Shown: positions 50,768 through 61,907, numbered from the stretch's first letter. The stretch: 64,000 nucleotides of DNA from Sedimentisphaerales bacterium (GCA_963663965.2 CAXXFK010000007.1:64001-128000); one strand, 5' to 3'. Numbers and translations: made by a program. Notes: generated from the sequence alone by a model not told the origin.

Positions 50768-50876
50768 GATAACTCTTTCATATATAAATGGTTGTCACAG
50801 TTACCGGTTTCTAGCCGGTACGGTCTGGAATTGTATGGAACCCAGTTTAGTCTGGATAATGCCATAAAGAATTACC

Positions 50877-50905
50877 ATTATAATCACCAACTTATTAATA
50901 GTCAA
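50877..50905 (-). promoter_or_regulatory. Sigma70 promoter for aspS
   Basis: TTGACT-N17-TATAAT on the minus strand. Confidence 0.75.
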
Positions 50906-51235
50906 TGGCATAGCCATCTATTGAACCGTACAGCCCCCGGCATTCTCGTTGAATCCGATCATTTTAAATCATAAATATAAGGGCGGCCCAGCGGGTAGTT
51001 TTGGCACGGAATTGTTACTGGGGCCTATAATCCATTGCAATACATGACTGGATAAGCTTTAATGACTTTACCAGCGTTTAGCTTTAGATAAAAATCTTGA
51101 AAACCCGGAAAAACTGTTACAGCTTAGCAAGTTATAAGCCGAAAATTATTTTGCTGATACTTATATTTAGTATTGTTTGAGCTTAATCTGTTTATCGGAC
51201 ATTGTGCTGTTTCAAAAAGTAGAAAAGGTTGAATC

Positions 51236-53821
51236 ATGCAAACGATCAGAACATTTGTAGTAGTTCCGTCCATTCCAGAAAAACTGAAAAAACTAAAAGA
51301 AATCGCTAATAATATGTGGTGGGTCTGGGACCATGACGCCATCGATCTGTTTCGCAGACTGGATAGTCAGCTTTGGGAAGAATGTTATCACAGCCCGGTG
51401 TTGATGCTGAGCAAAATCGACCAGTCACAATTGGAGCGTGCTGTCGGCGAGCCGGGCTTCATGGCGCACTATAAGCGGGCGTGTGTCAAACATGATGAAT
51501 ACATGAACAGTGCGTGCCGGTTCGAAGATCGCGGGACCATTGCTTATTTCAGCGCCGAATTCGGCTTGCATGAAAGCCTTCCCATTTATTCCGGAGGCCT
51601 GGGCATCCTCGCCGGCGATCACCTGAAAAGCGCCAGCGATCTGGGCCTGAACCTGGTGGGCGTCGGCCTGCTCTATCGCCAGGGTTACTTCCGCCAGTAT
51701 CTCAATGCGGATGGCTGGCAGCAGGAAGCTTATCCGGAAAATGATTTCTACAACATGCCGGTCACGCTTATGGTTCGTGAGGATGGACGTCCGATACGGT
51801 TCCATGTTCGTATTGTTGATCGCGATGTCGTTGTCCAGGTTTGGCGCGTTGCGGTGGGGCGGGTGTCGCTCTATCTGCTCGACACCAATCTGCGCTGCAA
51901 TCGGATTGAAGACCGCCAGATTACCTCACAGCTGTACGGTGGCGATTCCACCATGCGAATTCGACAGGAAATCGTGCTGGGCATCGGCGGCTTCACCGCG
52001 CTTAAATGCTTGGGCGTTGAACCGGCCGTCTGTCATATGAATGAAGGACATGCGGCTTTTATGGCCTTGGAGCGGATCCGGCGGGTGATGGAAGAATATA
52101 AGATGACCTTCAATCAGGCCCGCGAAGCAACTCGTGTCAGTAATGTATTTACCACGCACACGCCGGTGCCCGCCGGCCATGATGCGTTCAGCCCGTCATT
52201 GATGGAAAAACATTTCAGCGATTATTTCCATATGCTCGGTATTGACTGGGATACCTTCATTGCCCTGGGACGCACTCACCTCGATGACAGTAACGCCCCG
52301 TTCAGCATGACCAATCTGGCGCTGCACTTGTCCAGTTATCGCAACGGGGTCAGCCAGTTACACGGCGAAGTCTCCCGGCAAATGTGTTCCAATGCCTGGC
52401 CGGGCGTGCCCGTCGAAGAAATACCCATCGGTTCCATCACCAACGGTATTCACGTTCGCACGTGGATCTCGCGGGATATGGCCGAACTCTATGATCGTTA
52501 TTTCGGCCTCAACTGGTATGACAGTCCCCATGAAACCAAATCGTTCCGGCAGGTATCGATGATTCCTGACGAAGAACTCTGGCGCACTCATGAACGCCGC
52601 CGTGAACGGCTGGTTGCCTTTGCCCGCACGCGTCTGCGTGAGCAATTGCGTTATCGTGGCGCCGGCCCCACGGAACTGGCGCGCGCTGAAGAGGCGCTGG
52701 ATCCTGAAGCGCTGACGATAGGATTTGCCCGCCGTTTTGCCACCTATAAACGCGGCACGTTGCTTTTCCAGGATCTGGAACGATTCGCGAATATTTTAAC
52801 CAATAAAGACCGCCCGGTGCAGGTTATCTTTGCCGGCAAGGCTCATCCTCGCGATACCGAAGGCAAAGACTTTATTAGAAAAATCATTCATTTCCTGCGC
52901 GAAGAACCCTTCCGCCGGCATGTCGTTTTCCTTGAGAACTATGATATGAATGTCGCCCGTCATCTGGTTCAAGGTGTCGATGTCTGGCTCAATACCCCGC
53001 GCCGCGGCATGGAGGCATCCGGCACCAGTGGCATGAAAGTGCTCAGTAACGGAGGACTCAATCTCAGTATTCTCGATGGCTGGTGGTGTGAAGGCTATTC
53101 CACCGAAGTCGGCTGGGCTATCGGCCGGGGCGAAAGCTATATGGATCGCACCTACGAAGATCAGGTCGAATCACACGCGCTTTACAACCTGCTGGAGAAC
53201 GATGTGATCCCGTTGTTCTATGAACGCTCTTCGGATCGTTTGCCGCGCGGCTGGATCAGGATGATGAAAAACTCCATTGAAAAAATTACCCCCGTTTTTT
53301 CTACCTCACGCATGGTTAGTGAATACGCTCAAAAATTCTATCTGCCCGCGGCCGAACGCTCCGCCGAATTCACTCAAGACAGCTATCGCCGTGCGATCGA
53401 ACTGGCCGACTGGAAGGATAGTATTCGCGACCGCTGGAATGAGGTTTCGGTTGGAAAAGTCGATATCCTCGGAAGTGGTGAATTACAGGTGGGCAATAAA
53501 CTCGAAGTGCGTACTCATATCAAACTGGGCAACGTGGATCCGCGCGATGTTGTGGTCGAAATGTATGAAGGCCTGATCGACGCGTCTGATGGTCGTATTC
53601 ATCATGGCCGTTCCGTTCCCATGGAGTTTGTGGGCGCTGCCAATGACGGCTACTTTATCTTCAAGGGCCTGATTCCATGTATTCGAAGCGGCCTGTGCGG
53701 ATTTGCCGTACGTGTGGTGCCCTGTCACGCAGACATGTGCGACAAATACGATCTTGGGCTGATCCGCTGGGAAGAACTTGTGGACGAATCGGTCGCAATG
53801 CGCGAAAAAGTACATTCCTGA
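51236..53821 (+). CDS. glgP: Alpha-glucan (glycogen/maltodextrin) phosphorylase
   Basis: AYFSAEFG, YSGGLGILAGD, HMNEGH, FARRFATYKR, EASGTSGMK (PLP Lys). Confidence 0.96.
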   Translation: MQTIRTFVVVPSIPEKLKKLKEIANNMWWVWDHDAIDLFRRLDSQLWEECYHSPVLMLSKIDQSQLERAVGEPGFMAHYKRACVKHDEYMNSACRFEDRGTIAYFSAEFGLHESLPIYSGGLGILAGDHLKSASDLGLNLVGVGLLYRQGYFRQYLNADGWQQEAYPENDFYNMPVTLMVREDGRPIRFHVRIVDRDVVVQVWRVAVGRVSLYLLDTNLRCNRIEDRQITSQLYGGDSTMRIRQEIVLGIGGFTALKCLGVEPAVCHMNEGHAAFMALERIRRVMEEYKMTFNQAREATRVSNVFTTHTPVPAGHDAFSPSLMEKHFSDYFHMLGIDWDTFIALGRTHLDDSNAPFSMTNLALHLSSYRNGVSQLHGEVSRQMCSNAWPGVPVEEIPIGSITNGIHVRTWISRDMAELYDRYFGLNWYDSPHETKSFRQVSMIPDEELWRTHERRRERLVAFARTRLREQLRYRGAGPTELARAEEALDPEALTIGFARRFATYKRGTLLFQDLERFANILTNKDRPVQVIFAGKAHPRDTEGKDFIRKIIHFLREEPFRRHVVFLENYDMNVARHLVQGVDVWLNTPRRGMEASGTSGMKVLSNGGLNLSILDGWWCEGYSTEVGWAIGRGESYMDRTYEDQVESHALYNLLENDVIPLFYERSSDRLPRGWIRMMKNSIEKITPVFSTSRMVSEYAQKFYLPAAERSAEFTQDSYRRAIELADWKDSIRDRWNEVSVGKVDILGSGELQVGNKLEVRTHIKLGNVDPRDVVVEMYEGLIDASDGRIHHGRSVPMEFVGAANDGYFIFKGLIPCIRSGLCGFAVRVVPCHADMCDKYDLGLIRWEELVDESVAMREKVHS

Positions 53822-53844
53822 CCGCAGAGGTTATGATAGTCATC

Positions 53845-53880
53845 AAAAAAGCCGGAAGACCATAATCTTCCGGCTTTTTT
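53845..53880. terminator. Bidirectional rho-independent terminator
   Basis: AAAAAAGCCGGAAGA-CCATAA-TCTTCCGGCTTTTTT between convergent genes. Confidence 0.9.
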
Positions 53881-53899
53881 ATTAACGAATTTTTGTCCG

Positions 53900-54712
53900 T
53901 TAGCGGGTGGCCAGCTTTTTAATCCAGATGGGCCATCGATCATCAGCCACAGTATTGGGTTTGAAGGCTTTATGCCATTTCAAATTCCAGAGTTCACGAA
54001 CTCCCGTTGGCTGAACAGACCAGTCGAGCATTAAGACATTGATGCCCCCGTTGTGACGGTCCATGGCGAAATGAAGCATGCCCCCGTCGTATCCACGCCA
54101 TTCGCCATTAGCGGAGGGAATTTGGTTTTTGCGGGTGTAGTCATAAGGCGCGCCGCCCCGCCACATCGCATCGGCAAACACCGGGATATTATTTGCGTTT
54201 TTCTGGTTGGCCCTTTGAAAATAATAGTCATACTCCCGGCCCTGATTGTTTCCGGTTTTACTGACGGATGACATCCAGACATTCATGCCATAGCTGCAAA
54301 TTTCTGTCTTGCCGGTTTGGGTGCTGATCTGACCGCCGCCGCCCATGATATACGAATGTTTTTCGCTACCATATTCCACTTCCGTGCCGTTGGGGCCGAT
54401 TCGACGTTTATCTATGGTCATCGGGCATCGCATAATATCCGATTCAGTATCATACATTTTTCGTAAGTAAATGATCCATTCGCCACGAACCCAACCAATG
54501 CCGTCTATTCCGGTCGGGCAGAATTTGTCTTCATTTTCATTGGTATACATCCCCCAGATCAATCCCCATTGATGCAGGTTGGCCTTGCATACTGAATCCC
54601 GCGCCTGTAACCGGGCCTTGCCCAGCGCCGGCATCAAAATAGCGACTAAAAGTGCGATAATTGATATTACTACTAATAACTCAATCAGCGTAAATCCTTG
54701 TTTTTTTGACAT
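53900..54712 (-). CDS. Prepilin-type N-terminal cleavage/methylation protein (DUF1559-like, H-X9-DG family variant)
   Basis: [35 protein letters not shown]-terminal [12 protein letters not shown]. Confidence 0.9.
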   Translation of the reverse strand: MSKKQGFTLIELLVVISIIALLVAILMPALGKARLQARDSVCKANLHQWGLIWGMYTNENEDKFCPTGIDGIGWVRGEWIIYLRKMYDTESDIMRCPMTIDKRRIGPNGTEVEYGSEKHSYIMGGGGQISTQTGKTEICSYGMNVWMSSVSKTGNNQGREYDYYFQRANQKNANNIPVFADAMWRGGAPYDYTRKNQIPSANGEWRGYDGGMLHFAMDRHNGGINVLMLDWSVQPTGVRELWNLKWHKAFKPNTVADDRWPIWIKKLATR

Positions 54713-54974
54713 ATCGTAACCATCCAAATCATGTAACACGATTAACTTAATCCATACATATAGAAAAATAGTGACAGACACTATTTGATAAAATTTAATC
54801 TTGTAAATCCTCTCTATACATTTATGACCGGAAAAGGCAATTTATATACACTAAAAATTTAATAATTATGACAAAAATATTGAATGTTGCGCCAATATAT
54901 AACGCGCGGCAAAGTTGTTCATATATAATACAGATTGACTTTATTTCTTTGTAAACTAGAATACTAGGTACTCT

Positions 54975-55484
54975 ATGAGCGAAGATTTAACAAGCGCCTC
55001 TCTACGAATTTCCAGTAATCAAGCATCATTAATAAGACATTATTCTGGCATGACCAGACTGATTTCTGGTTTGATTTTTGCCATTTGCATGTCTATTCTA
55101 TTTTTTGCCGTTACTATCGTCCCCCAATCCAGAGGTTTTGGAACACATACCCAGCTGGGCCTGCCTGAATGCGGCTTTTTGTCTCGCACCGGCCATCCAT
55201 GTATTACCTGTGGCATGACAACTTCTTTTGCCCTAATGGCCAGAGGGAGCATTCTGCAAGCGTTTGCTACTCAGCCTGCCGGTGCGATTATGGCCCTGGC
55301 ATGTTTGGGAGCCTGCTTGATAACCGGATATATCCTGATCGCTGGAAAAAGGAACAGGTTTATTGATAATATCTTAGATTTTATACTGTATCGTTATATT
55401 ACAACAGGAGTTATAACTCTGATAATTTTACTGGCGGGCTGGCTATGGACCTGGTTGAGAATTTCAAATCATACCAACAATTGA
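54975..55484 (+). CDS. DUF2752 family membrane protein
   Basis: GTHTQLGLPECGF...GHPCITCGMTTSF motif with TM helices. Confidence 0.8.
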   Translation: MSEDLTSASLRISSNQASLIRHYSGMTRLISGLIFAICMSILFFAVTIVPQSRGFGTHTQLGLPECGFLSRTGHPCITCGMTTSFALMARGSILQAFATQPAGAIMALACLGACLITGYILIAGKRNRFIDNILDFILYRYITTGVITLIILLAGWLWTWLRISNHTNN

Positions 55485-56134
55485 AGCAATCTTTCGGCAG
55501 GCATCTGATATTATTGGGATTGTTATCACTGATGTTGACATCTTCTGTTGGGTGCAATTTGCTGGCATATCCAGCCTATATTATTGCAGGTGGGGGCGAA
55601 AAAAAAGTTAAGGCCGCGTATAAAGGCCTGAATAACCAGACTATCGCGATCTTGATTGCCGCCGATCCGGATGTAGAAGCCAGGTATCCCCAGTCTGCAA
55701 CGGCCATATCTTTGGGAATTTCCCGGTTTATTGGTGAACATGTTGAAAATACCCGCTTTATTGCTTCCGATCTGATTGATGCTTACAAAATGAAAAATCT
55801 GGAGTGGTATACTCTGCCGATGGGGCAGGTCGGCCGGGATTTGAAGGCAGATCGAATACTTTATCTGGATTTGTATCAATATGATATGTATGAACCTGGT
55901 AGTATTCAGCTGCTGCACGGACAGATTGCCGCGACTCTGAAGGTTTACGAAATAAATTCCAACCGTCCTGATTCACCGGTTTGCAAACTACCGGTTCAAG
56001 CTGAATACCCTTCTGGCGCACCTGTTGCTGCCAGCGATACTGCGCTCTGGTCGGTGACCCAGAAAACGACATTATTATTTGCCGATAATGTCGCCAAGAA
56101 ATTTTATGACCATAAAGTCAATAATTCTAAATGA
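55445..56134 (+). CDS. Putative lipoprotein
   Basis: Hydrophobic signal with SVGC lipobox; coupled to the DUF2752 gene. Confidence 0.7.
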   Translation: MDLVENFKSYQQLKQSFGRHLILLGLLSLMLTSSVGCNLLAYPAYIIAGGGEKKVKAAYKGLNNQTIAILIAADPDVEARYPQSATAISLGISRFIGEHVENTRFIASDLIDAYKMKNLEWYTLPMGQVGRDLKADRILYLDLYQYDMYEPGSIQLLHGQIAATLKVYEINSNRPDSPVCKLPVQAEYPSGAPVAASDTALWSVTQKTTLLFADNVAKKFYDHKVNNSK

Positions 56135-56166
56135 TCTTTCTTGATGGTTGATCCTGATTCAGGCGA

Positions 56167-57714
56167 TCACTTGGAATTTTTGATCTCAAGTGTCGTTTGG
56201 GCCGAATTGTTCGTTTTGTCTGTTTCAATAAATAAATCATCGGGGTCTATCTGGAACGCGACCTGATAACGGCTGGCCTTGTCTGATTGAAAATACCACT
56301 TTGTGGGTTTGATAACAAATTCAGTTTTTCCCAGCGCCGGTATTGCCTGGTCGAAACGGGAATAATACATTTTTTCACCATTCAGCGACAGGGCGATATT
56401 AAAAGAGCCCGCGGGAATGGCAGCGTTCGAGTGGTTGGATAATATCGCACGGAATGAAATCGGTTTGTCAACTAACGCCTCATCCGGTTCTATGATCACC
56501 TTTTCCGCCGAGACATCATAACCTGCGATAATGGACTCAATCTCACTCGTTAAGATACGATCGCCATCCTCGGGCAGTCCAACATGGACCGCGCGGATCA
56601 TGCCCTGTTTATCAATAAGCATCGTTGTTGGAAATGCGCTGACCCCGAATGCGCTCGCCACTTTACCTTGAATATCTAAGGGTACGATAATATCGAATGA
56701 AGTTTCTTGCAAAAACTGTTTCACCGTCGCTTCGTCTTCTTTGTAATTAATGGGATATAAAACGACTTGTTTTTTTCGATGGGCCTCGCTCACCCGAACG
56801 ATCATCGGCATCGCCTTGCGGCAAGGCCCGCACCAACTCGCCCAGAAATCAAGAATGATGATATCTTGATTTTTATGGCTGGCCAGCGAAATGGCCTGTC
56901 CATCGGCCGTCTTTAATTGGAAATCAGGCGCCTGGCGATTTAGCATGGGGTGATTCTCGCCGGTTGATTGAGGTTGTCTGAACTGGGCAACCCGTTTGTA
57001 ACTGGGGGGCGCTTCATATTGGAATATCCGGTCATCAATGATGCGGTCCATTGACCAGTTGCGAAACTCCCATTTGAGATCGACAGTCACGTCATTGACT
57101 TTCATGTGGGCCATCATTTTTATCGGTTCTGCCTGCCCGGTTGCCTGGATCCACAAATCGAATTGACTGCGTTCATTATACTTGATGCCCAATCGCTGGC
57201 AGGCGATTCCGTTTATGGTTTCATCCGGTTTGCGTTCTATCTGGGCGGTTCCGGCAAAACCTTGATAGATGTCTTCCTGCAACAGGTTTTCCAGCAATGG
57301 CGCCTGGCTGGCTATCCGGCGGGCTTCACCGGTTCTTAATGCCTGCAAAATGGTGTCTGGCGCCGGATGATAAATGACTTCGTTAAGCGACCGGTTCAGG
57401 CTGACCATCTCTTCGTCATTACAGGCAATCAATTCATCCCCTTCCAGACCGCTTTGAATTCTCAGATAGTGTGGTTTTTTTACGGCGATTTTTAAGCGGT
57501 CTTGGGTAACAGTAGTAATGGGGGGCTGTTGGACGGTCAGGGTGATATTGGTATCGAATTCAAATGATTTTAAATTGTCAAACTGCCAGGCCAGCCTCTG
57601 TAATACCGCTTCTGCGTCTGGGGCAGGATTCCTCTTGCCGGTCTCCTCGCCCCATATCCAGTGGATGAATGTAAGGACGATACCTATCATCAGACATAAC
57701 TCTTTGTTTTTCAA
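56167..57714 (-). CDS. Exported DUF2092 (LolA-like) + TlpA-family thioredoxin + CARDB-like protein
   Basis: AGGAG RBS with TTG start; APDFQL...ILDFWASWCGPC; C-terminal DPDDLFIETDKTNN. Confidence 0.8.
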   Translation of the reverse strand: MKNKELCLMIGIVLTFIHWIWGEETGKRNPAPDAEAVLQRLAWQFDNLKSFEFDTNITLTVQQPPITTVTQDRLKIAVKKPHYLRIQSGLEGDELIACNDEEMVSLNRSLNEVIYHPAPDTILQALRTGEARRIASQAPLLENLLQEDIYQGFAGTAQIERKPDETINGIACQRLGIKYNERSQFDLWIQATGQAEPIKMMAHMKVNDVTVDLKWEFRNWSMDRIIDDRIFQYEAPPSYKRVAQFRQPQSTGENHPMLNRQAPDFQLKTADGQAISLASHKNQDIIILDFWASWCGPCRKAMPMIVRVSEAHRKKQVVLYPINYKEDEATVKQFLQETSFDIIVPLDIQGKVASAFGVSAFPTTMLIDKQGMIRAVHVGLPEDGDRILTSEIESIIAGYDVSAEKVIIEPDEALVDKPISFRAILSNHSNAAIPAGSFNIALSLNGEKMYYSRFDQAIPALGKTEFVIKPTKWYFQSDKASRYQVAFQIDPDDLFIETDKTNNSAQTTLEIKNSK

Positions 57715-58097
57715 TAGCTACTCCTGAAATATCTGGTTAAGTTCATGAAGGATTGACAATTCCATTTAATTTGGATTCAGATGAAAAGTCAAGCGTTCTG
57801 TATATTGTCTCAGTGGGCCGCCCTTGGCGGATAAAATAGTTAAAATTTGGTTAATTTTTTTAATGGCAACGGTTTATATCGCTGATAATGAATAAGACGG
57901 CTCCAGAGACTTTTTGCTGGATACGTTATCCGAGAGCGTCTTAAAGGCTGTTTTTTTTATTGGTTTCAATATTACTTTATGTTAATTTGTATCAAATTGT
58001 TATTTCAATAGTTTCAAGATGGCCATGGCCAGGCATTGGATACCTGTTAAATCAAAGCCAAAAAATCCATCTGACTGCTCAAAACAGGATGATTATT

Positions 58098-58424
58098 ATG
58101 ACAACACAGGAATGGTCTGAAAAAATACTGATGATCGATCTTCAGGACGATCCGGAATTTACCGATGAAGTTGTCGCTTTAACCGATCGCATGCAAAAGG
58201 AACCTCGCGACGTCGTATTGAATTTCCATACTGTCAAGTTCCTCAACTCCTCCAATATCTCCCGCCTGTTGCAGCTTCGCAAGGTTCTTCATGACCGACA
58301 TAAACGCCTTCGTCTCTGCGCCATCAGTATTCAGGTCTGGGGGGTTTTTCTGCTCACCGGGCTTGATGCCATCTTCGAAGTCTCCGAAGATACTGCTTCC
58401 GCATTGGCTTCTTTGCAGATTTAA
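58098..58424 (+). CDS. STAS-domain anti-sigma factor antagonist
   Basis: VVLNFHTVKFLNSSNI...LRLC...VFLLTGLD. Confidence 0.85.
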   Translation: MTTQEWSEKILMIDLQDDPEFTDEVVALTDRMQKEPRDVVLNFHTVKFLNSSNISRLLQLRKVLHDRHKRLRLCAISIQVWGVFLLTGLDAIFEVSEDTASALASLQI

Positions 58425-58504
58425 TAGGACAAAAACTTGCATTCCGGCCAGTTGATAATTGGTTCCGTTTGACAGGCAGCCCTTGGTCTCCCGGCTTGAT
58501 AAGC

Positions 58505-60589
58505 TTAAAACTTGAGCTGGAATCTGGCAAAAAATGTCCGCCCCGGCGTTTCGATTGCACTGAATTGTCCCAATCCAAAATTCGGGTCGTGTTGGCGATT
58601 AAGCAAGTCTGAAACACCAATCATCAGTTCCCCCAGATTCTGGCCGACGGTCCGGTTCAGGGTAAGGTCGAGCCGGTGAAAACTGTCGGATATTTTGTCC
58701 GGAGTCCGATTGCCATATGTGGAGTCGATAAAACGATAATTACTGTTGAAGGTCCACCGGTCATTAAAATAAATGCGCCAGGTAAGGCCCGCCTTGTGCT
58801 TGGACGGCGAATACGCCCGAATATCCTGGCCGCCGTAAGCCATGTCCAGGTCGTTGAAGGCATACCAGGATTTAAACAAGAACGGCTTGAATCTCGCTTC
58901 CAGCTCGGCTTCCGCGCCAAAGGCATAAATGTCTTCATCGTTGTACATATGAAACGTTCTTAGCCCCAGGCCGGTAGGGTCAGGCAAATCTTTTACGGTT
59001 ATAACGTTATTCAACTTTTGATAATAGCCATTCAGGTTAAACGTCGTATGACGATAGATCTGTTGGCGATAACCCGCTTCAAAGGACCAGAGTTGCTCAT
59101 TTTTCAAATCGTTCTGACGGACCAGGTTCAATGCGTATAAGTTGGGAGCTACCTGCAGGGTGTGCTGCTCGGTGTCGCGCAGAAATGCCATGGGGGTGCG
59201 ATAGGAACGGGCGATGCTGAAACGCAAGGTTTGCGTGCCCTGGTCGTTCAGATCATACAACGCGGTTATCCGGGTGGCGTAATCGTTATCCACTTCCGAA
59301 AACACATCGCCTCGCAATTGGTTTTCCAGGGTTAAGCGGGAATTAATCTGCCAGGTGTCAATCGCGAATAATCCCGCCTGGTATTCGTGATGGTAATGGT
59401 AGGGATACTTCAGCATATCCGGGTCATTCGCTTCAAACTGAACCGTTGTCAGGCGTACATTGGAACCGATTTGTATCACATGATTTTCAATGGGTGAAAA
59501 CTGATACTGACCCTCCAGATCGTACTCGCCCGTTGTCCAGCGAATACAGGATGGATTATAAGTGTCTCCATAATTGATGGAAAACTGCAGGTAGCCGGTA
59601 CTGTCGTCTTCAAACTGATGATTGATTCGGGCAAAGGAAGAGAGGTTATTGATCCACATGTCCTCTTTCGGATTCAAGGCCATGAATTCCAGACCCCCGG
59701 TATTGAAGTGGGTATAACCAATGCCGGTATCGATTTGATTCTCTTCCGAAAGGCTAAAAGTTGTTTCGTTGTTGATAATTAGCTGCCGATAATAATCACG
59801 GGCATAGAATGTATCCTGGTCCATGAAAGGCACTAATGCAGAATTTCGATAGGCAATGTCGCCCGCTCCTGCCTGGTCTGAACTGACCAGACTGTTGTAG
59901 CCGGCGGATATTTTACTTTGAAAAAAATCGTTGCCAAATCCATAGCGAACATGAGAAAAACTGTCGCCAAAATGCGAGAAGGTTGTGCTGATCAGTCCGC
60001 CTTGCACGTCTTTGGGCTTTTTGGTGATGATATTGATGACGCCAGTATAAGCATTGGCGCCCCAGGCGGCGCCACCCGGTCCTCGAACAATTTCTATCCG
60101 CTCGATATCTTCTGCCAGCAATGAATGACGGAAATATTCTGATCCGCCATAAAAAGGACTGTTGCCAGAGCGGCCGTCAATCAATACCAGGGTGCGTTCT
60201 GAAAGAATATCATGTAATCCACGAACGCCATTGGCATAAAAATTACGCCGGATTGGCAATGAATCCATACCGGTTGAAAATTGTAAAATTTCGGTTAACG
60301 GGCTTAATCCGCTGTAATGGATGTCTTCTGCCGTTATTACGGATACCGGCACGGAGCTTTTGTTGATTTTTTGCTGGGATCGTGATGCGGACACGATTAT
60401 CGGGATATCCATGAGTTCTTCCAGCGAAAGATCCAGTAAATCATTCTTAAAAGAGTTCGGATCCGTCGTATTCTCCCCCCCGGCATAGCTGGTAAGTAGC
60501 GTTCCCGCCATCGCGGTTACTAGCATGGCATAAAAAATAATGTGTTGTTTGAGGGTGGCCATTAGGTACGTGCGGTTGTGCCGGCTCAT
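58505..60589 (-). CDS. TonB-dependent receptor
   Basis: LSLEELMDI, VSVITAEDI, DIERIEIVRGPG..AWGANAYTGVINIITK plug domain; C-terminal GRTFFARFQLKF; GAGGTG RBS. Confidence 0.92.
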   Translation of the reverse strand: MSRHNRTYLMATLKQHIIFYAMLVTAMAGTLLTSYAGGENTTDPNSFKNDLLDLSLEELMDIPIIVSASRSQQKINKSSVPVSVITAEDIHYSGLSPLTEILQFSTGMDSLPIRRNFYANGVRGLHDILSERTLVLIDGRSGNSPFYGGSEYFRHSLLAEDIERIEIVRGPGGAAWGANAYTGVINIITKKPKDVQGGLISTTFSHFGDSFSHVRYGFGNDFFQSKISAGYNSLVSSDQAGAGDIAYRNSALVPFMDQDTFYARDYYRQLIINNETTFSLSEENQIDTGIGYTHFNTGGLEFMALNPKEDMWINNLSSFARINHQFEDDSTGYLQFSINYGDTYNPSCIRWTTGEYDLEGQYQFSPIENHVIQIGSNVRLTTVQFEANDPDMLKYPYHYHHEYQAGLFAIDTWQINSRLTLENQLRGDVFSEVDNDYATRITALYDLNDQGTQTLRFSIARSYRTPMAFLRDTEQHTLQVAPNLYALNLVRQNDLKNEQLWSFEAGYRQQIYRHTTFNLNGYYQKLNNVITVKDLPDPTGLGLRTFHMYNDEDIYAFGAEAELEARFKPFLFKSWYAFNDLDMAYGGQDIRAYSPSKHKAGLTWRIYFNDRWTFNSNYRFIDSTYGNRTPDKISDSFHRLDLTLNRTVGQNLGELMIGVSDLLNRQHDPNFGLGQFSAIETPGRTFFARFQLKF

Positions 60590-60818
60590 TTCTATTTACA
60601 CCTCTTCAATTGATATATATATAATTGTTATCGACATTTTCCAGGCCAGATTTTATCTTAAAACAGATGGGTCTGATAACCAGCTTGTTAGGCAGTGGCA
60701 GTATCTCCGGTTTGGCAAAAAGGTGTTTTGAAAACTTGAAATCGTGTTGATAAGACATCCCGTTTGATATATGCTTGGCATTCAATAAAACTGGTTTTAA
60801 GTAGCTGGATTAAGGAAA

Positions 60819-61907
60819 ATGATGATTAAATTCTTATGCCGACATTGTGGCCAGAAAATTAAAGTGCCGATTGAATATGTCTCACAAAAAGTCAGATGCC
60901 CGGCCTGTTCGGCAACTTTCGTTGTTCCAGACCCCAAAATGGATCCTGTTGGCTGCTCCTGGTATGATCCAACCGGTTCTGAAATGCCCAATGAGGACCG
61001 GGCGGATATCTGGTCGGATGAACTGATTCATTTATCTCAGGTTGTTCAGGATGAGCAGAAAGAATCCTCGGAAAATAAGCACGACAATTATTACAATGGC
61101 CCGAAATGCCCACAATGCGGTAACCCTTTGACTGAAGAGTTATCGGTCTGTACCCGGTGTGGCAGCCGAATCCAGTCTCCATCTAAATCTCAAGTTCAAA
61201 AAAAAGTTGATAAAACGGCCAGAGATCGTGTGCCCGAAAGGTATCGCCTGCCGCTGGCAGTGATTTTGAGTTTTTGGGGGGCTATGATCGGCGGGATAGC
61301 CTGGGCCGCCCTTGGCCATTTTGCTCATCTGGAAGCGGGATCTGTTGCTATAGGCATTGGAATACTGGCTGGAACGGGCGCCTCAATCATACCCCATTAT
61401 TCTATCAAGTTAGGGATCTTTGCTACCAGTATGGCGCTCTTGGGTATTTTGGCCGGCAAATTGATAATGATTCATTGGTCCGAACCGGATTTTGCCCGGG
61501 ATATCAGAGACAATCCCCCGGAGAACTGGATTGAAGAAATGGTTAATGATGAACAGGTGCTGTTTAAATTAGCCATAGAGGATTTGCATCAGCAACGTGC
61601 TCTTACTACAGAGTTAAAGGATCAGCTGATGGACTGTTACATTCATGATAAAATTGATCAAACACCCGACTTGCGGGCTGGACGTCTTAAAGTTTTGGGC
61701 CATATAAATAAGTGGGATGACCAGACACGCCATTCTAAAGCACGTGGATATATTCAGCAACATGCCGATGAGATTGCCGGGGGTTTTGTTTCAGAAAAAT
61801 CCCTCGGTGAAAAATTATGGAAATCCCTTGGGCGTTGGGACTTTCTATGGTTTCTTCTGGCCGCAGGCAGTGCCTTTAAAATAGCCACCAGGCATCAGAA
61901 GCCATAA
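60819..61907 (+). CDS. Zinc-ribbon-containing membrane protein
   Basis: CRHC/CPAC and CPQC/CTRC knuckles followed by several TM helices. Confidence 0.75.
   Translation: MMIKFLCRHCGQKIKVPIEYVSQKVRCPACSATFVVPDPKMDPVGCSWYDPTGSEMPNEDRADIWSDELIHLSQVVQDEQKESSENKHDNYYNGPKCPQCGNPLTEELSVCTRCGSRIQSPSKSQVQKKVDKTARDRVPERYRLPLAVILSFWGAMIGGIAWAALGHFAHLEAGSVAIGIGILAGTGASIIPHYSIKLGIFATSMALLGILAGKLIMIHWSEPDFARDIRDNPPENWIEEMVNDEQVLFKLAIEDLHQQRALTTELKDQLMDCYIHDKIDQTPDLRAGRLKVLGHINKWDDQTRHSKARGYIQQHADEIAGGFVSEKSLGEKLWKSLGRWDFLWFLLAAGSAFKIATRHQKP

Noticed and set aside
51001..51018. Sigma54 promoter TTGGCACGGAATTGTTA upstream of glgP
   Set aside because: Good -24 element but no GC at the -12 position.
57960..57987. 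Second dif-like site (…TTATGTTAATT)
   Set aside because: The XerC arm and spacer do not fit, and it is far from the apparent skew switch.
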